Assembly (NCBI RefSeq): GCF_004010195.1
Contig: NC_057719.1
Span: 68,934,622-68,997,522, forward strand
Direction of reading: 5' to 3'
DNA: 62,901 nucleotides
Source of the DNA: Chiloscyllium plagiosum
Taxonomy: Eukaryota
Shown: piece after piece, positions 12,945-24,814 of the stretch
Position numbering within the stretch: the stretch's first letter is position 1
Layout: each line of letters starts with the position of its first letter
Notes under the pieces: model-generated
What the model saw: the letters and a program-made list of their open reading frames with translations, nothing else
Told to the model about the DNA's origin: nothing
Database searches by the model: none
Program-made: the position numbers and the translations under genes

Positions 12945-13440
12945 TTTTTCATTTATTCATTGTGAGATAAGGGTGTCGCTGACTGGCCAGCATTTATTGC
13001 CCATCCCTAGTTGCCCTTGAGAACATGATGGTGGGCTGCCTTTTTGAACCGCTGCAGTCCACCTGCTGCAGGTTGACCCACAATGCCATTAGGGTGGGAA
13101 TTCCAGCATTTTGACCCAAAGACAGTGAAGGTACAGCAATATATTTCCAAGTCAGGATGGTGAGTGGCTTGGAGGGGAACTTGAAGGTGGTGGTGTTCTC
13201 ATGTATCTGCTGCCCTTGTCCTTCTAGGTGAAGTGGTTATGAGTTTGGAAGGCGCTGTTCAGGATCTGCAGTGCGCCTTGTAGATCATACAGTGCTGCTA
13301 CTGAGCATTAGTGATGGAGGGTGAAATACTTGTGCAGCTTTGGCCTGGATGGTTTTAATTTTCTTGAGTTTCGTTAGAGCTGCATTCATTCAGCAAGTGG
13401 GGAGCATTCCATCACACTCCTGACTTGTGCCTTGTTTCTT
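12945..13440 (-). mobile_element. LINE (CR1 group) 3' fragment, second family
   Basis: Same family as 48195-48500 (ggccagcatttattgcccatccctagttgcccttgag). Confidence 0.75.
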
Positions 13441-13494
13441 GGTACTCAATCAAGAGTCACCCTTCCTACACGTTTAGACCAATCATAGGAAGAA

Positions 13495-13940
13495 ATATTT
13501 TCAATTAAATAGCACATGTTTATTATCACCAGCTATATCAAAGTGCTTCACAATCAATTAAGTATTTTTGAAGTGTAGGCACTCTATAATGTAGGAAATG
13601 TAGCAGCTAAACTTCACACAGCAAACTCCCACAGACTGTAATGAGATAATACTCTGCTTGTTTGTAATGTTGATTGGGGTGACCCGTTCACCACGGATAA
13701 CTCACCTGTTCTTCAAAATAGTACCATGCAATCTTTTACATCCTCTCAAGCAGATAGATGGGGCCTTGGTTTAGCACCATCCAAAAGACGGTTCTTCTGA
13801 CGATGCAGTGATCCCTCACTACTTCACTGGGTGACAATGTTTATTTTTGTGCTTATGCCACAGAGGTGGGACTTGAATCCAGAACCTCGTATTTCAGAAG
13901 TGAGAATGCTATGAATTAAACTAACGCTGACACCCCATAA
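13495..13940 (-). mobile_element. Deu-domain SINE (SacSINE1/AmnSINE1-like)
   Basis: tRNA-like head (ggattcaagtcccac); central gatgtaaaagattgcatggtactattttgaagaa; 3' tgtgggagtttgctgtg..tttcctacatta..acacttcaaaa..tgtgaagcactttg. Confidence 0.7.
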
Positions 13941-13979
13941 AGCGAATATAGATTTCTCTGCAAAGTCCCAGCAGTGTGC

Positions 13980-14228
13980 CTTGAGTTCAAACACTGATGA
14001 TTGCCAGGGCAATTTCTGACACCGATTATCTTGCTCTGTTCTGATTGATATCAATAATTGAAGACCAGGTAATGATGTATATTTGGTAATAGACTGTATT
14101 AGACCATGACTTTAAGTGTTAGCATTACAGGTGAGATTGCCTGGTTATGATTCACATAGAATTCTCAAAGCCATCTTAAAGCAGAGACTTTCATTCTCAT
14201 ATGTCTACTTCCACTCCCAGAACAGGAC
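13980..14228 (-). pseudogene. Exon G, FERM F2/F3 junction, disrupted
   Basis: Acceptor cacttatag|. CQKLPWQSSVFELK resembles the FERM kWP/LP..s..Fe motif. Stops present; 3' boundary uncertain. Confidence 0.45.
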
Positions 14229-14279
14229 CTATAAGTGGCTGAATAATGTTTTCGACCACGTTGTGAAGTAACGAAGATG

Positions 14280-14595
14280 ATGTAGTGGTAATGTCGCTGG
14301 CTCAGTAATCCAGAAGGCTAAGGCTTTGGAGACAATCAGCTTAAATCTTGCCGAGGCAGCTGATGGAAGTTAAATTCAATCTGGAATATAAAACTAATCT
14401 TAGCAATGTTGACTATCATGAAACTATCACAATTTGTTGTAAAATCCCAATGGGTTAACCAAGGCCCTTTAATGAAGGTAATCTGCCAGCTTTATCTGGG
14501 GTGCATGTCACTACAGACCCATAGCGTTGACTGTTAACTGTCCACTGAAACGTCCCAGCAAGGTTTTCAGTTCAAGGGCATTTATGGATAGGCAT
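14280..14595 (+). mobile_element. tRNA-headed SINE, second family
   Basis: Similar to 45580-45925 and 32555-32960; its tail resembles the LINE 3' end at 12945. Confidence 0.65.
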
Positions 14596-14619
14596 TTATG
14601 TGGACAGCACGGTAGCAGT

Positions 14620-14905
14620 GGGCGGCATGGTGACAGTGGTTAGCACTGTTGCCTCACAGCGCCAGAGATCTGGGTTCAATTCCTGCCTCGGGCAACTGTC
14701 TGTGTGGGTTTTCTCCGGGTGCTCCAGTTTCTTCCCACAGTCCAAAGAAGTGCAGGTTAGGTGAATTGGCCATGCTAAATTGCCCGTAGTGTTAGGTGAA
14801 TGGGTAAATGTAGGGGAATGGGTCTGGGTGGGTTGCTCTTCGGCGGGTCGGTGTGGACTTGTTGGGCCGAAGGCCTGTTTCCACACTGTAAGTAATCTAA
14901 TCTAA
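14620..14905 (+). mobile_element. HE1-type SINE
   Basis: gggcggcatggtg..cagtggttagcactg head; gtaagtaatctaatct tail. Confidence 0.9.
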
Positions 14906-15929
14906 GTAATCTTTAGTAATCTAATAAACACGGCCTTACCAACAATGCCACACCTCATGAAAGAATAAAGAAATTACCTAGTCCCTTTCCTATCAATATT
15001 TGAGTTAGCACTTCGTCATTTATGTTCATGATGCTCATAGCATAACTTAGGAATAACATTGAAAAGACAAAGAAATTATATTTGACTCACTGAAACTTTT
15101 TTTCTTAAATCCATCTGGCTTTTTTCTTCCTGATCCTTGACTACTTGCTTACAATGTTGTTACATTGTTCCACATTCCCAATATAAATTGAACTTCACAT
15201 CCTTATATGCTTTTCCTCATTAAGGACACTCCTGCAGACTCCCCACTTTTTAATATCCTGCAGTTTTATGTCCTTGCCCAATCCCTTCAGAGCTCTGCCT
15301 TTGATGCCACCATGCTTCTGTTCGAGTAGCCGTCAGCCAAACGAATCCTGCCCTCTTCAATGCCTACCTTAAACTCCTTTGTCTTACTACTTTATTGCAT
15401 GTTTAAAATACATCTGAAAGCATTTCACTCATCCCACTTACCTATTCCAAGCAGTTCCCCTATTCAACGCGCCTTAGGACTATTTCCTTCTACATTAAAT
15501 GTGTTATACATTTAAAATATAAATAGTTTTCCTACATTTTGTTTCAATAGAATGCCTCTCCATTTTTCTTCTGAAAATTGTTTTGCCCGTGGTCTATACA
15601 TATTGAATATATACATGTAACACTACCAGCCAAGTATTAGTCTTATATTTTAAAGCTGCTACTATAGGTCCTTTGTGAACTGTCAATGAGATGTAATGAT
15701 GGCAGTGCTAAGCCATATTGCCAGTTCCACTTGCGAGTGAAGAAAGAGTTATCTGATTACAGTTTTAATGTTATCAAAATGGAAAGGTACTTGCTAGTGT
15801 TAAAAAATTCAGAAAATTAATTTTCAAAAGGTCACAGCAACTTTTTAAAATTTATCTTTCATGATTTGCCAATGTAAAGCCGCAAAATATTAAAATAATG
15901 TCTCCTTGAGGTGTCCTCACATCACTTGC

Positions 15930-16429
15930 CAAGATATGAAGCATCGTCAGCTCTGCAATTTTGTAGGTACAGCACAGCTACATTGGTATAAAAGTTGCAA
16001 AATAACTGGGTCACTAGATTCCTTCGGGAGGTGCTTGGTTAAGATTTCTTATGCACTGTACCTCTGAACATTTTAAATTTCCTCTCATAAGGACAGTTGG
16101 TTGTCACAGACGTTTTAAAAAATCTAAATTAATCTCCCACTCTTTTGAATGTTTTCCCTGCCTCCCCAAGCAAAGATGACAGTGTCCCGAGTGCATCATT
16201 AATATGTAAGTATTTTTGGAATTCCTTAAATATCTTTTTCCCCAATGAAAGTCCATAAGTAGTAACTCATTAAGCTTCCAGTTTCTAGTGATCAGATAAC
16301 CTCTGGATGAAATCCAAGGGAGTTCCATAGACCATGATCAGAGACGGAAGTAAGATCAATTGTCACACGTAAAGGCTCTGACAACAGGAAGCCAGTGACC
16401 ATTGCAGATTCAAGATGAAAATAAATTAG
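15930..16429 (-). pseudogene. Exon F, FERM F1-F2 lobes, disrupted
   Basis: Acceptor tttatttcttcag|. Segments SEPLRVTIDL, HINDAL (cf. HVMDAI), WEINLDFLKRL, ESSDPVILQLLYQ (cf. SEDNVATNLIYQQ), NCRADDASYL (cf. RCEKEDDLAEL). Ends at G|GCAAGT. Confidence 0.65.
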
Positions 16430-16789
16430 CTGAAGAAATAAATAGAGAAAAATGTAACAAAATCCATACATCCTCATGTACAATAAAAGGAAGCTGAGAA
16501 AGAAATAGAATGCAGGTTTAGTCAAAGTTTTCTAATATGCCAGACATTAAACAGACTTCCCTGTTGGAAATGGACGGGGATATTTTGCAAGAGAAAAGGA
16601 TCAATATGACAGCCATTCTTCCCCACCCCAATCTATCCCACTCTGTCTGGCCTGAACACAAAAATCATACAACTTTACATTTACTTGTGGGGAGCATGCG
16701 CTTGTAAAATCTATCCTAATCCATCTAAGATCAACCAAAAAGAGCACAAATTAGCAATTGCTTCATTTTATTATAGGACATAGCGCTAG

Positions 16790-17450
16790 GTGTCAGTATA
16801 TGGTTCAGTGCTGCATTCAGGTCTCTGAATCAGAGGGTCATGGATAAACGCCCATTCCCAGAATTGTGCATAAGTTCAAGGCTACTCCTGTTTAGTAAAG
16901 AAGAATAGCTATTACAGATGTCATCTTTTAGCTGTAATAGTAAATCAAGGTGGATGCAAAAGATCCCATGAAACCATTTCAAAGAAGGGGTGGCACAGTG
17001 GCTCAGTGGTTAGCACTGCTGCCTCACAGCAGCAGGGACCCAGCTTCAATTCCAGCAAATGTCAGGCAACTGTCTGTGTGGAGTTTGCATATTTCCATAT
17101 GGGTCCTCTGGTTTCCTCCCACAGTCCAAAGGTGTGCAGGTATTTAGATGGATGGGCCATGGTAAATTACCCAAAGTGTCCAGGTATTTGCAGGCCAGGA
17201 CAATCAGCCATGGGAAATTGCAGGGCAACTGGGATCGTGTAGCGGGGTAGATCTGGGTGGGATGCTGTTCAGAGGGCCAGTGTGGATTCGATGGGCCGAA
17301 TGACATGCTTCCACACTGAAGGGATTCTAACAGAAGAATTGTGCATCATGCCCTTGTAAATGTTTACCTCTTAAACTGCATCACTAAAAAGCAACAATCT
17401 CAACAGATAATGATTCATGTACTTGTAATTAGTTTGGAATTCTTAACCCA
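16790..17450 (+). mobile_element. Degenerate Deu-domain SINE split by an HE1 SINE (16987-17328)
   Basis: ggtggatgcaaaagatcccatg..catttcaaagaag resumes after the HE1 copy. Confidence 0.55.
16987..17328 (+). mobile_element. HE1-type SINE, older subfamily
   Basis: HE1 head and gggattcta tail. Confidence 0.85.
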
Positions 17451-17909
17451 ATGTGTAATGACCATGCCACATTCATAAAGCTCCTCATAACTTAAAAAAA
17501 ACCTGCCACCAGATTTACAGATTGTTCACATGAATCTCAGTAAATGATTCACTGTGACCGAACTGTCAAACTGGGGCACACTAACCTGCAGATAACACTG
17601 ATTAGAGTCTCAGATTTTGGATGACAGAAACTTCTTACACCTACACAAGTTGCCATCTAGATTTGAACTTAAGAAAATATTTCTCAGAAAAAAAGGCCAA
17701 ATTGCAATATAATCATAATTTGAACTCTAAGTTTGAATAACTATTTATATTGGCTAAGAATTTTATTACTTCGCCATTGATACCAAAGCAATTTAGTAGA
17801 CCCTGGCTAGAAGTCAAATAACAAAAAGCCTTCAAGTTTGAAGTTTTAAGAATACAATTACTTTCAAATTACATTAATTGTCATAAATGTGTCTTTAATG
17901 CAGCTTTTA

Positions 17910-18445
17910 TAGAGTCATAGAGATGTACAGCATGGAAATAGACCATTCGGTCCAACCCGTCCATGCTGACCAAATACCCAACCCAATCTAATCCCATCTG
18001 CCAGCACCCGGCCCATATCCCTCCAAATCCTTCCTATTATTCCATTCATCCAGATGCCTTTCAAATGTTGAAATTGTACTAGCCTCTGCCACTTGCTCTG
18101 GCAGCTCATTCCCTAAACGTACCACTCTCTGCGTGAAAATGTTGCCCCTTAGGTCTCTTTTATATCTTTCCCCTCTCACACTAAACCCATGCCCTCTAGT
18201 TCTGGGCTTCCCCACGCCAGGGAAAAGACTTTGTCTATTTACCATATCAATGCCCCTCATGATCTTATAACCCTCTATAAGGTCACCCGTCAGCCTCTGA
18301 CACCCCAGCCTATTCAACCTTTCCCTATGGCTCAAACCCTCCAACACTGGCAGCATCCTTGTAAATCTTTTCTGAGCACTTTCAAGCTTCACAACATCTT
18401 TCCAATAGGAAGGAGACCAGAATTGCACGCAATATTCCAACAGTG
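17910..18445 (-). mobile_element. CR1 LINE 3' end
   Basis: ORF 17988-18449 PLLEYCVQFWSP..RTRGH..FTQRVV. Confidence 0.9.
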
Positions 18446-18691
18446 GCAATTTTGTATTTGAATATAGTTGTAAATATTGGAAATCAAATTCTCTCCACAG
18501 GAAAGGGCGAGAACATTAATTGAGGTAAAACATAATTTCCTATTGAGGCAATGAAGGCAGTATAGCATAAATTGCATTAAGCTGCATTTCCATCACAAAC
18601 ACAGATTCAAGGCAGAGCAGCAATAATATAGCAATGATTCTCTGAGCTATACTCCTATGAAGCAAGTCAATATTCAGAATGACTGAATTAC

Positions 18692-19798
18692 CAAAGAACT
18701 ACTATTACAATCATTCCTCCCCAGTATTTTGTTCAAACTTGATTTTGAATGCACTTTTTTACAACACATGCAAAATAAACAAAACTGTGAATTCATTGCA
18801 AAATCAAATTATTTATGTCAGATCCAGATTATTTCCTAACTAAATGATGTGTCACTCATGAGGAAGGGTACAGGATGCTTTAACTAATACCTCCACCCAT
18901 TTTTGCCAATTTCCTACAAACACTATTCAACATCAGAAGCTGTTTCTTGTTCAAACATGGGCTGGTTCGAAATGGTCAGAACTAACACTTGCAAACTATT
19001 TCAAATGATCTTTTGGATTTTATATGTTCATCTTCCAATATTCACAGCAGATTCAAATGTAAAATTCAAAACAATTAATCATCTTTTCAACAGCATGAAC
19101 TCATACTTTGCAAGTGACTACATTGTTAAAACTTCAAAGTGTATTCAAAGCTCAGAGGACTTTAGCCTTTCGCATTGTGTTCAGGATTTAAAGAATAAAA
19201 AACTTTATTCTTTAAAAAAAAAATTGGGATCAAGCCCAAAATGTCTCTTATCTATAGATTTCCCATGGTTTGAATCTACTTAAGACTTGATGGGTGAGAT
19301 CAGTTCAGATTAAATTGAAATGCATGTTTGATCTTCATAACCACAGAAAGTTACACAATGATAAAGTCCTAAAAAGTTAGCCTTGCAAAAACAGCATTTT
19401 ATAGTTCTGGATATTACCTTTCTATTATGCAGCCATTTAAACCATAAGCACAGTATACTATATCAATTGTATTTTTGCATTAGTTACGCCTAAGATGCAG
19501 ACTACTGCATTCTAAAACATACATCTTGAAATCCACACGATCAAAGAACTATTTGTCCAGTCATTCTCCCATGGTGTATTGTTCAAACTTGATTTTTATT
19601 TGATTTGAATGCATTTTTCTAAAACACATGCAATCTTTTTTCAAAATTGCTAAATCAAATTATTTATGCCAGATCCAGATCTTTCCTAATTAAATGATGA
19701 AAATTTGTTTTAATTTCCTAATTAAATGATTGTGTCACTCATGAGAAAGGTTACAGGTTGCTTTAAATAATACCTCCACTCATTTCTGCCAATTCCCT
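18692..19798 (+). repeat. Diverged ~220-250-bp direct duplication (18692-18915 and 19542-19798)
   Basis: Shared blocks caaagaacta, ttgttcaaacttgatttt, aaatcaaattatttatg, tgtgtcactcatgag, taatacctccac. Confidence 0.85.
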
Positions 19799-20665
19799 GT
19801 ACTCAGCTTGTCACTAATAGCACAAAAGTCAATGATGCACATGGACACTCTTAAGTGACACAGAAAAAAAGTGAACCTTTTCTTGAATTTATCACCATAC
19901 ACTTTTAGTCCAATAAAGTTTAGAATAAATGTTATTGCACTAAATAAATATTGTGCTTCAATTTTTTTTCATTGACTTATGAACATTAGGTAGGACTATA
20001 TCCAATCTTCTCTTGTATTAATTCATGGTTGTCACTGGCAAGCCAGCATTTGTTACATATTCATAGTTCGTCTTGGGACAGTGATGATGAGCCTTGTTAA
20101 ATCATTGCGGTCTGTATTAGGTTCCACAGTGTTGTGGAGTAGAAAGTATCAGGATTTTGACCAGTGTTAAAGAAACATTGATATGTCTCTGAGTCAAGAT
20201 TGTGTGTCACTTGGAGGGGAAATTGGAGATGGTAATGTTTGCATGTTGTGGCTGCTACCTTTGTTGTTCTGGGGTAGAAATTGAAAGCTTGGTTTCACTT
20301 GCATATGTAAAAGGTGTCCTCGTACAAGCAAGATCATTATTAATTGCAATTGTCTATCTAGGCAGACTGTTACCAATCTAAGGAAAATGTTAACTCATTT
20401 TTTTTTGTACTCTGCTCAAAGGTAGGTTTGACCCACAGCACTGTAATTTCCAGCATTAGGCCAGCTGGCATGTCCAGATTTCACCATTATTAGAATAGAG
20501 ATCAAACTAAATGTTGTTCGTGTCAATGTGGTCAACATGCAGCCTAAAGAACCAACCAGCTCAAGTTGTGGTGGTAACATACGCTTTCTTATGCATCTTG
20601 TCGCCTGGAGTTACAGTTAGTAACACAGAGCAGAGGCTCCAATTTCTTTCCGTTGTACGACTTAC

Positions 20666-20996
20666 CAAGAATCTCTCCGATTCCATCTGCCTGGTTTTGG
20701 AAGGATTTACAAACTCACAGTCAACATGCTTTAAATCTTTTCAATGCCTGACATTCATCTGCATGATGTTATTCTTTAGCTTTAATGTTTTTTTTGGATT
20801 GTTTAAATACACATTGCAATCACATTCAAGCGATGGATAATAATAGTCACATATACGAATCCCCATATACGAAACTGTCATGTTTTCTTATGAGAAACAG
20901 TCGCCATTGTCGTTAGCACTGGATTTCACTTCCGCAAGGAGTCACACAATCCCAGCAAAGTCCCATATGTTCCAAATGTCTGTGGGGGCTTTTTTC
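20666..20996 (-). pseudogene. Exon E, MyTH4 core, disrupted
   Basis: Acceptor tttattgcaacag|; donor G|GTAAGT. Across frames: KSPHRHLEH / FAGIV / CDSLR / SEIQC*RQ, cf. PTSNLEK...GIL..LRDEIYCQ; later YYYPS and ALKRFK. Multiple stops. Confidence 0.6.
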
Positions 20997-21137
20997 CTGT
21001 TGCAATAAACGACAAAGGCATTTTATTTCTCAAAGCGCTCCATTGGTGAATAAAAATGTTACTAATTTAAAATATTTCCCTATATTAGAGACCTTTGGCC
21101 ATAATTTAGATACTTCTGTAAGTTGGGAGCTACTTAC

Positions 21138-21200
21138 AGTTCACTGATTTTAAATTAAACTGCTATAAAACTTGCTTATCTTCCTGTCCGGTTTTTCTTC
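21138..21200 (-). pseudogene. Small exon with in-frame TAG
   Basis: Acceptor gaatgtccag|; 63 nt, phase 1-1; RKTGQEDKQVL*QFNLKSVN; donor T|GTAAGT. Confidence 0.45.
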
Positions 21201-22416
21201 CTGGACATTCAATACATTAACAGGGAACAGCTTTTACTGTTTTGGAACATAAACAAATTTAAGAGCAACAATTGATTAATATTCAGTTAGCAATTTGTGT
21301 AATGATTGTGACCAATTAGATTTGCATAATTTCAAATAAAAAACCTTGCAATCATAACGGAAAAATTAGTGGTACAGTCATTTTCATAATGCTGGTAAAG
21401 GGGGTGGAAAATCTAGCAGGGAAAAGAAGTGTTGGTGGAACAACTGGGTAACATACACGTCCTCTAAGTCAAGTATGGTCAAAGAATTATGAAATTATGA
21501 AATTCATGTAAAAAGAAAATTGAAGAAGGACTTGAGAAACTGACAAATAAACAAGATGGGAATCATAATTAAAATTAAAACAAAGAAGCTCGTAAAGTAT
21601 ACCTGTCCATTAGCTTAAAAACAGATTAGAAAGGACCACCTCTGCTATACTACCACTATGATCTTCTCAAAAATTGCACAGAATTGAAAAATGAAGCCAT
21701 ATCTCCTCTCTTTGAATGCTGATAGTCCACCAATATCACCAGCAATACTTACTCCAAGGAAATGAAAGATGTGACTGGAGTATGAAGTTGCTAAGTCTAA
21801 TTTTCAGACTATAAGCTTACATGACTGAGGGACCATTGAACTATTGTTCCTGATGTTTGCGATAAGCTTCACTAGAGTATTGTAAAAGAAGCCAAGGACA
21901 GAGAGACCAGGGTGGAGAAGGAAGACAAAGTTAACCTGGTGAGCTCCGGGGGTTTTAACTGTAGACAGAAACTTTGCTCATCAGCTGTGTATTTAATGGC
22001 CCCAATGTAAAGACTGGAAAGTGAGCAGTCAGTAAAGTGCAGCATATAGATTGTTGCCTCACACAGAAGGCTCTGGACAATTGAAACAAATGAATGGACA
22101 AGACATTGCAGCTCATGAGGAAGCAAGGTAAGGGTAGCATAAATTTGGGATCCTGAAATAACGTGGCATTGCCTTAGTATAATGGAGCAATCAGGAGAAA
22201 TTTCTTCACCCAAAGCATAATGAGTCTTTGAAATTCTCTCTCCGCCAAGGAGTTGTGGATGATACATCAACGAACGTATTCAAGTCTAGGACAGTCAGGC
22301 AGGAAGTCAGCGAATATGGAAATAGGATGGGAAAATGGTCATGAAGCCAAAGGTCAGCTGTGACCATACTGAATAGTTGCTGAGGCTGAGTGGCTGAATG
22401 ATCTACCCTGCAGGGA

Positions 22417-22765
22417 GGCACGGTGGCTCAGTGGTTAGCACTGCTGCCTCACAGTGCTAGGGATCCAGGTTCAATTCCACCCTCGTGCAACTATCTTTAT
22501 GGAGTTTGCACATTCTCAGTGTCTCTGTGTGGGTTTCTTCTGGGTGCTCCAGTTTCCTCCCACAGTCCAAAGATGTGCACAATAGGTGGATTAGCTGTGT
22601 TAAATTGTCCAGGGATGTGCAGGCTAGCTGGTTAGCCATGGGAATTGCAGGGTTACAAAGATCGGGTAAGGGGATGAGTGTGGATGGGATTATCTTCAGA
22701 AAGTAGGTGTGGACTTGATGGGGTGAATGCCCTGCCTTCCACAAAATATGGATTCTACGGTTCTA
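22417..22765 (+). mobile_element. HE1-type SINE, older subfamily
   Basis: HE1 head/body; ggattcta tail. Confidence 0.85.
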
Positions 22766-23416
22766 TGTTCGAATGACCCAAAGCAACCATCACAGGATTG
22801 AGGAAATTCAGCCCTAGGTCTGATGTAGTTGGTACAGCTATTAGAGTGCTTACAGCAGAAAAGGGGAAAATAGAAGAACTGAGTGTGTTGTAAAAACAGG
22901 AAGAAAGAAACATACTTGAGAAATTTATAGAAACAGAATGCTTGTCATACATGTCTCTGGAAAACTCATTGTCAAAGTTTGCAAAGGAAATCCAGTAGGT
23001 AAAGGATAAGTCAAAACAGGATCATATTACACAGCAATGGATGGAAAATGAAAATGGAATAAATGAAAGTTTCCAGATCAGAGAAACAGCAAAAGCAAGA
23101 CAATATGGTCAATGTGTATTATAGGATGCATCTGAATAAAGGATGAAGCAGAAGTGGAAATCAGGTTGGCAATGACACACACAAAGGTTGAGTCAAGAAC
23201 CCAGCATAACTGGATAGGGTCATGTCCCAACACCTGAAGGAAATGAGTCAAGTTAAAAGAGAAATTGTTCAAAGTGAAACCAAATTAAGCCAGACAGAAT
23301 AAGGTGTTGAATGGGACTAGCTGGGCTACCCTTCAAGAATTACCTTTGTATCACTGCCCAAGGAAAGACCCATTATTTATTAATGTCATAATTAATTCAG
23401 TCGTACAACTAAAGAA

Positions 23417-23500
23417 GATTAGATTACTTTACAGTGTGGAAACAGGTCCTTCGGCCCAACAAGTCTACACCGACCCGCCAAAGCGCAACCCACCCAGTCC
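23417..23500 (-). mobile_element. HE1 SINE 3' fragment
   Basis: gattagattac..gtgtggaaacagg..cggcccaacaag. Confidence 0.8.
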
Positions 23501-23894
23501 ACAAATAAATATCACAAAAACTGGTAAGTGTTGGTGTGAATGACCTTTTTCTTGGCAACTTATTTTTTTCTTTCTTTGAGAATTTACTTAAATGCTGTAA
23601 AAGATAAACTGAGTAGCCCAATGTGAACATCAAACAGCAGCTCCCATGTAAAGAACAACCTGTCGCTTAAGGAGCTGAGGGCTCCCCCTAGTGAAAGACC
23701 TCTTGTTCACCCACAGACATTGCTGAAGATGTGACTCCATTTGCTTTGGTTATTGGTTTAATATCCTTGCATGGAAGGCTTCTTCAGTGAACTCTGTTAT
23801 AAAATTCCACTGGCTAGTTGACCAGAAGGAACATACTTGTATTTAGAAAAGTGGAGGAGCTGTGCAGAGTAGAGAATTTACAGCCTTATAGAAT

Positions 23895-24235
23895 TGTAGA
23901 ATCCCTCCAGTGTGGAAACAGGCCATTTGGCCTAACAAGTCCACAATGACCCTGTGAAGAGTGACCCACCGAGACCAACTCCCCTATCCTATTACTCTAT
24001 ATTTACCCCTGACTAATGCACCTAACCTTCACATTCCTGAACACTATGGGCAATTTAGCATGGCCAATTCATCTAACCTGCATATCTTTGGATTGTGGAG
24101 TGAAGCCAGAGCACCTGGAGGAAACCCATACAGTCATGGAGAGAATGTGCAAACTCCACACAGACAATCGCCAAAGGCTGGAATTAAACCCAGGTTCCTG
24201 GAGCTGTGAGGCAGCAGTGCTAACCACTGAGCCAC
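23895..24235 (-). mobile_element. HE1-type SINE
   Basis: Reverse-complement match to the other HE1 copies. Confidence 0.85.
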
Positions 24236-24814
24236 TGAACAAATGGGGTTCTACAGTGATAGGTGGATTGCAGCAAGAATAAGGAGGGGGCAAAGAAATC
24301 TTACTGCCATTTCCAGAGCTCAAACTCCAACTGGCAGTCTCAAGAAGTAATTGTCCAATAAGCTGATACCAAGATAGTCTGCTGGGCAATTGGACTCTGA
24401 ATTCTTCTTTGGCCATTTGATTACAGTGGTGGCGAAGAGTCAAGGAGTACAGGAAAAATCAGTTTATGATTTGTTTTCAATGTGTTTCATAATAGAGATT
24501 TTTGTCTGAATAGTTTGCATCAGGGAGGAGTGAATTCCATGATGTATTTTTTTCACTGAATGTGTATCTGGATGGAACAAGGATCTACTTTCTAAGACAC
24601 CGTATGTGGTTCCATCTCCTCTATTCGCCCCTATTTAATCAGTAAGTGATGTATTCTCTTTTGAAAATACGCAATAGAATGAAATATGAATCCCAGATTC
24701 TTAGTTCAAACTCAGCTCAAATAGAAGTAGGAAATTCCCTCATCCTGTTCCATTCTGATTGTGGTTAAGAATCAGATTGACAGCTTTAGTGTAGCACTGA
24801 GAGGGAATATTAAT

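Noticed and set aside
13900..13945. LWGVS resembling the FERM F3 'lwlGVs' strand in ORF 13824-14054
   Set aside because: These bases are the head of the Deu-type SINE; coincidental, so not used as evidence.
18903..19283. 126-aa + strand ORF
   Set aside because: No motif, no splice context, AT-rich; probably chance.
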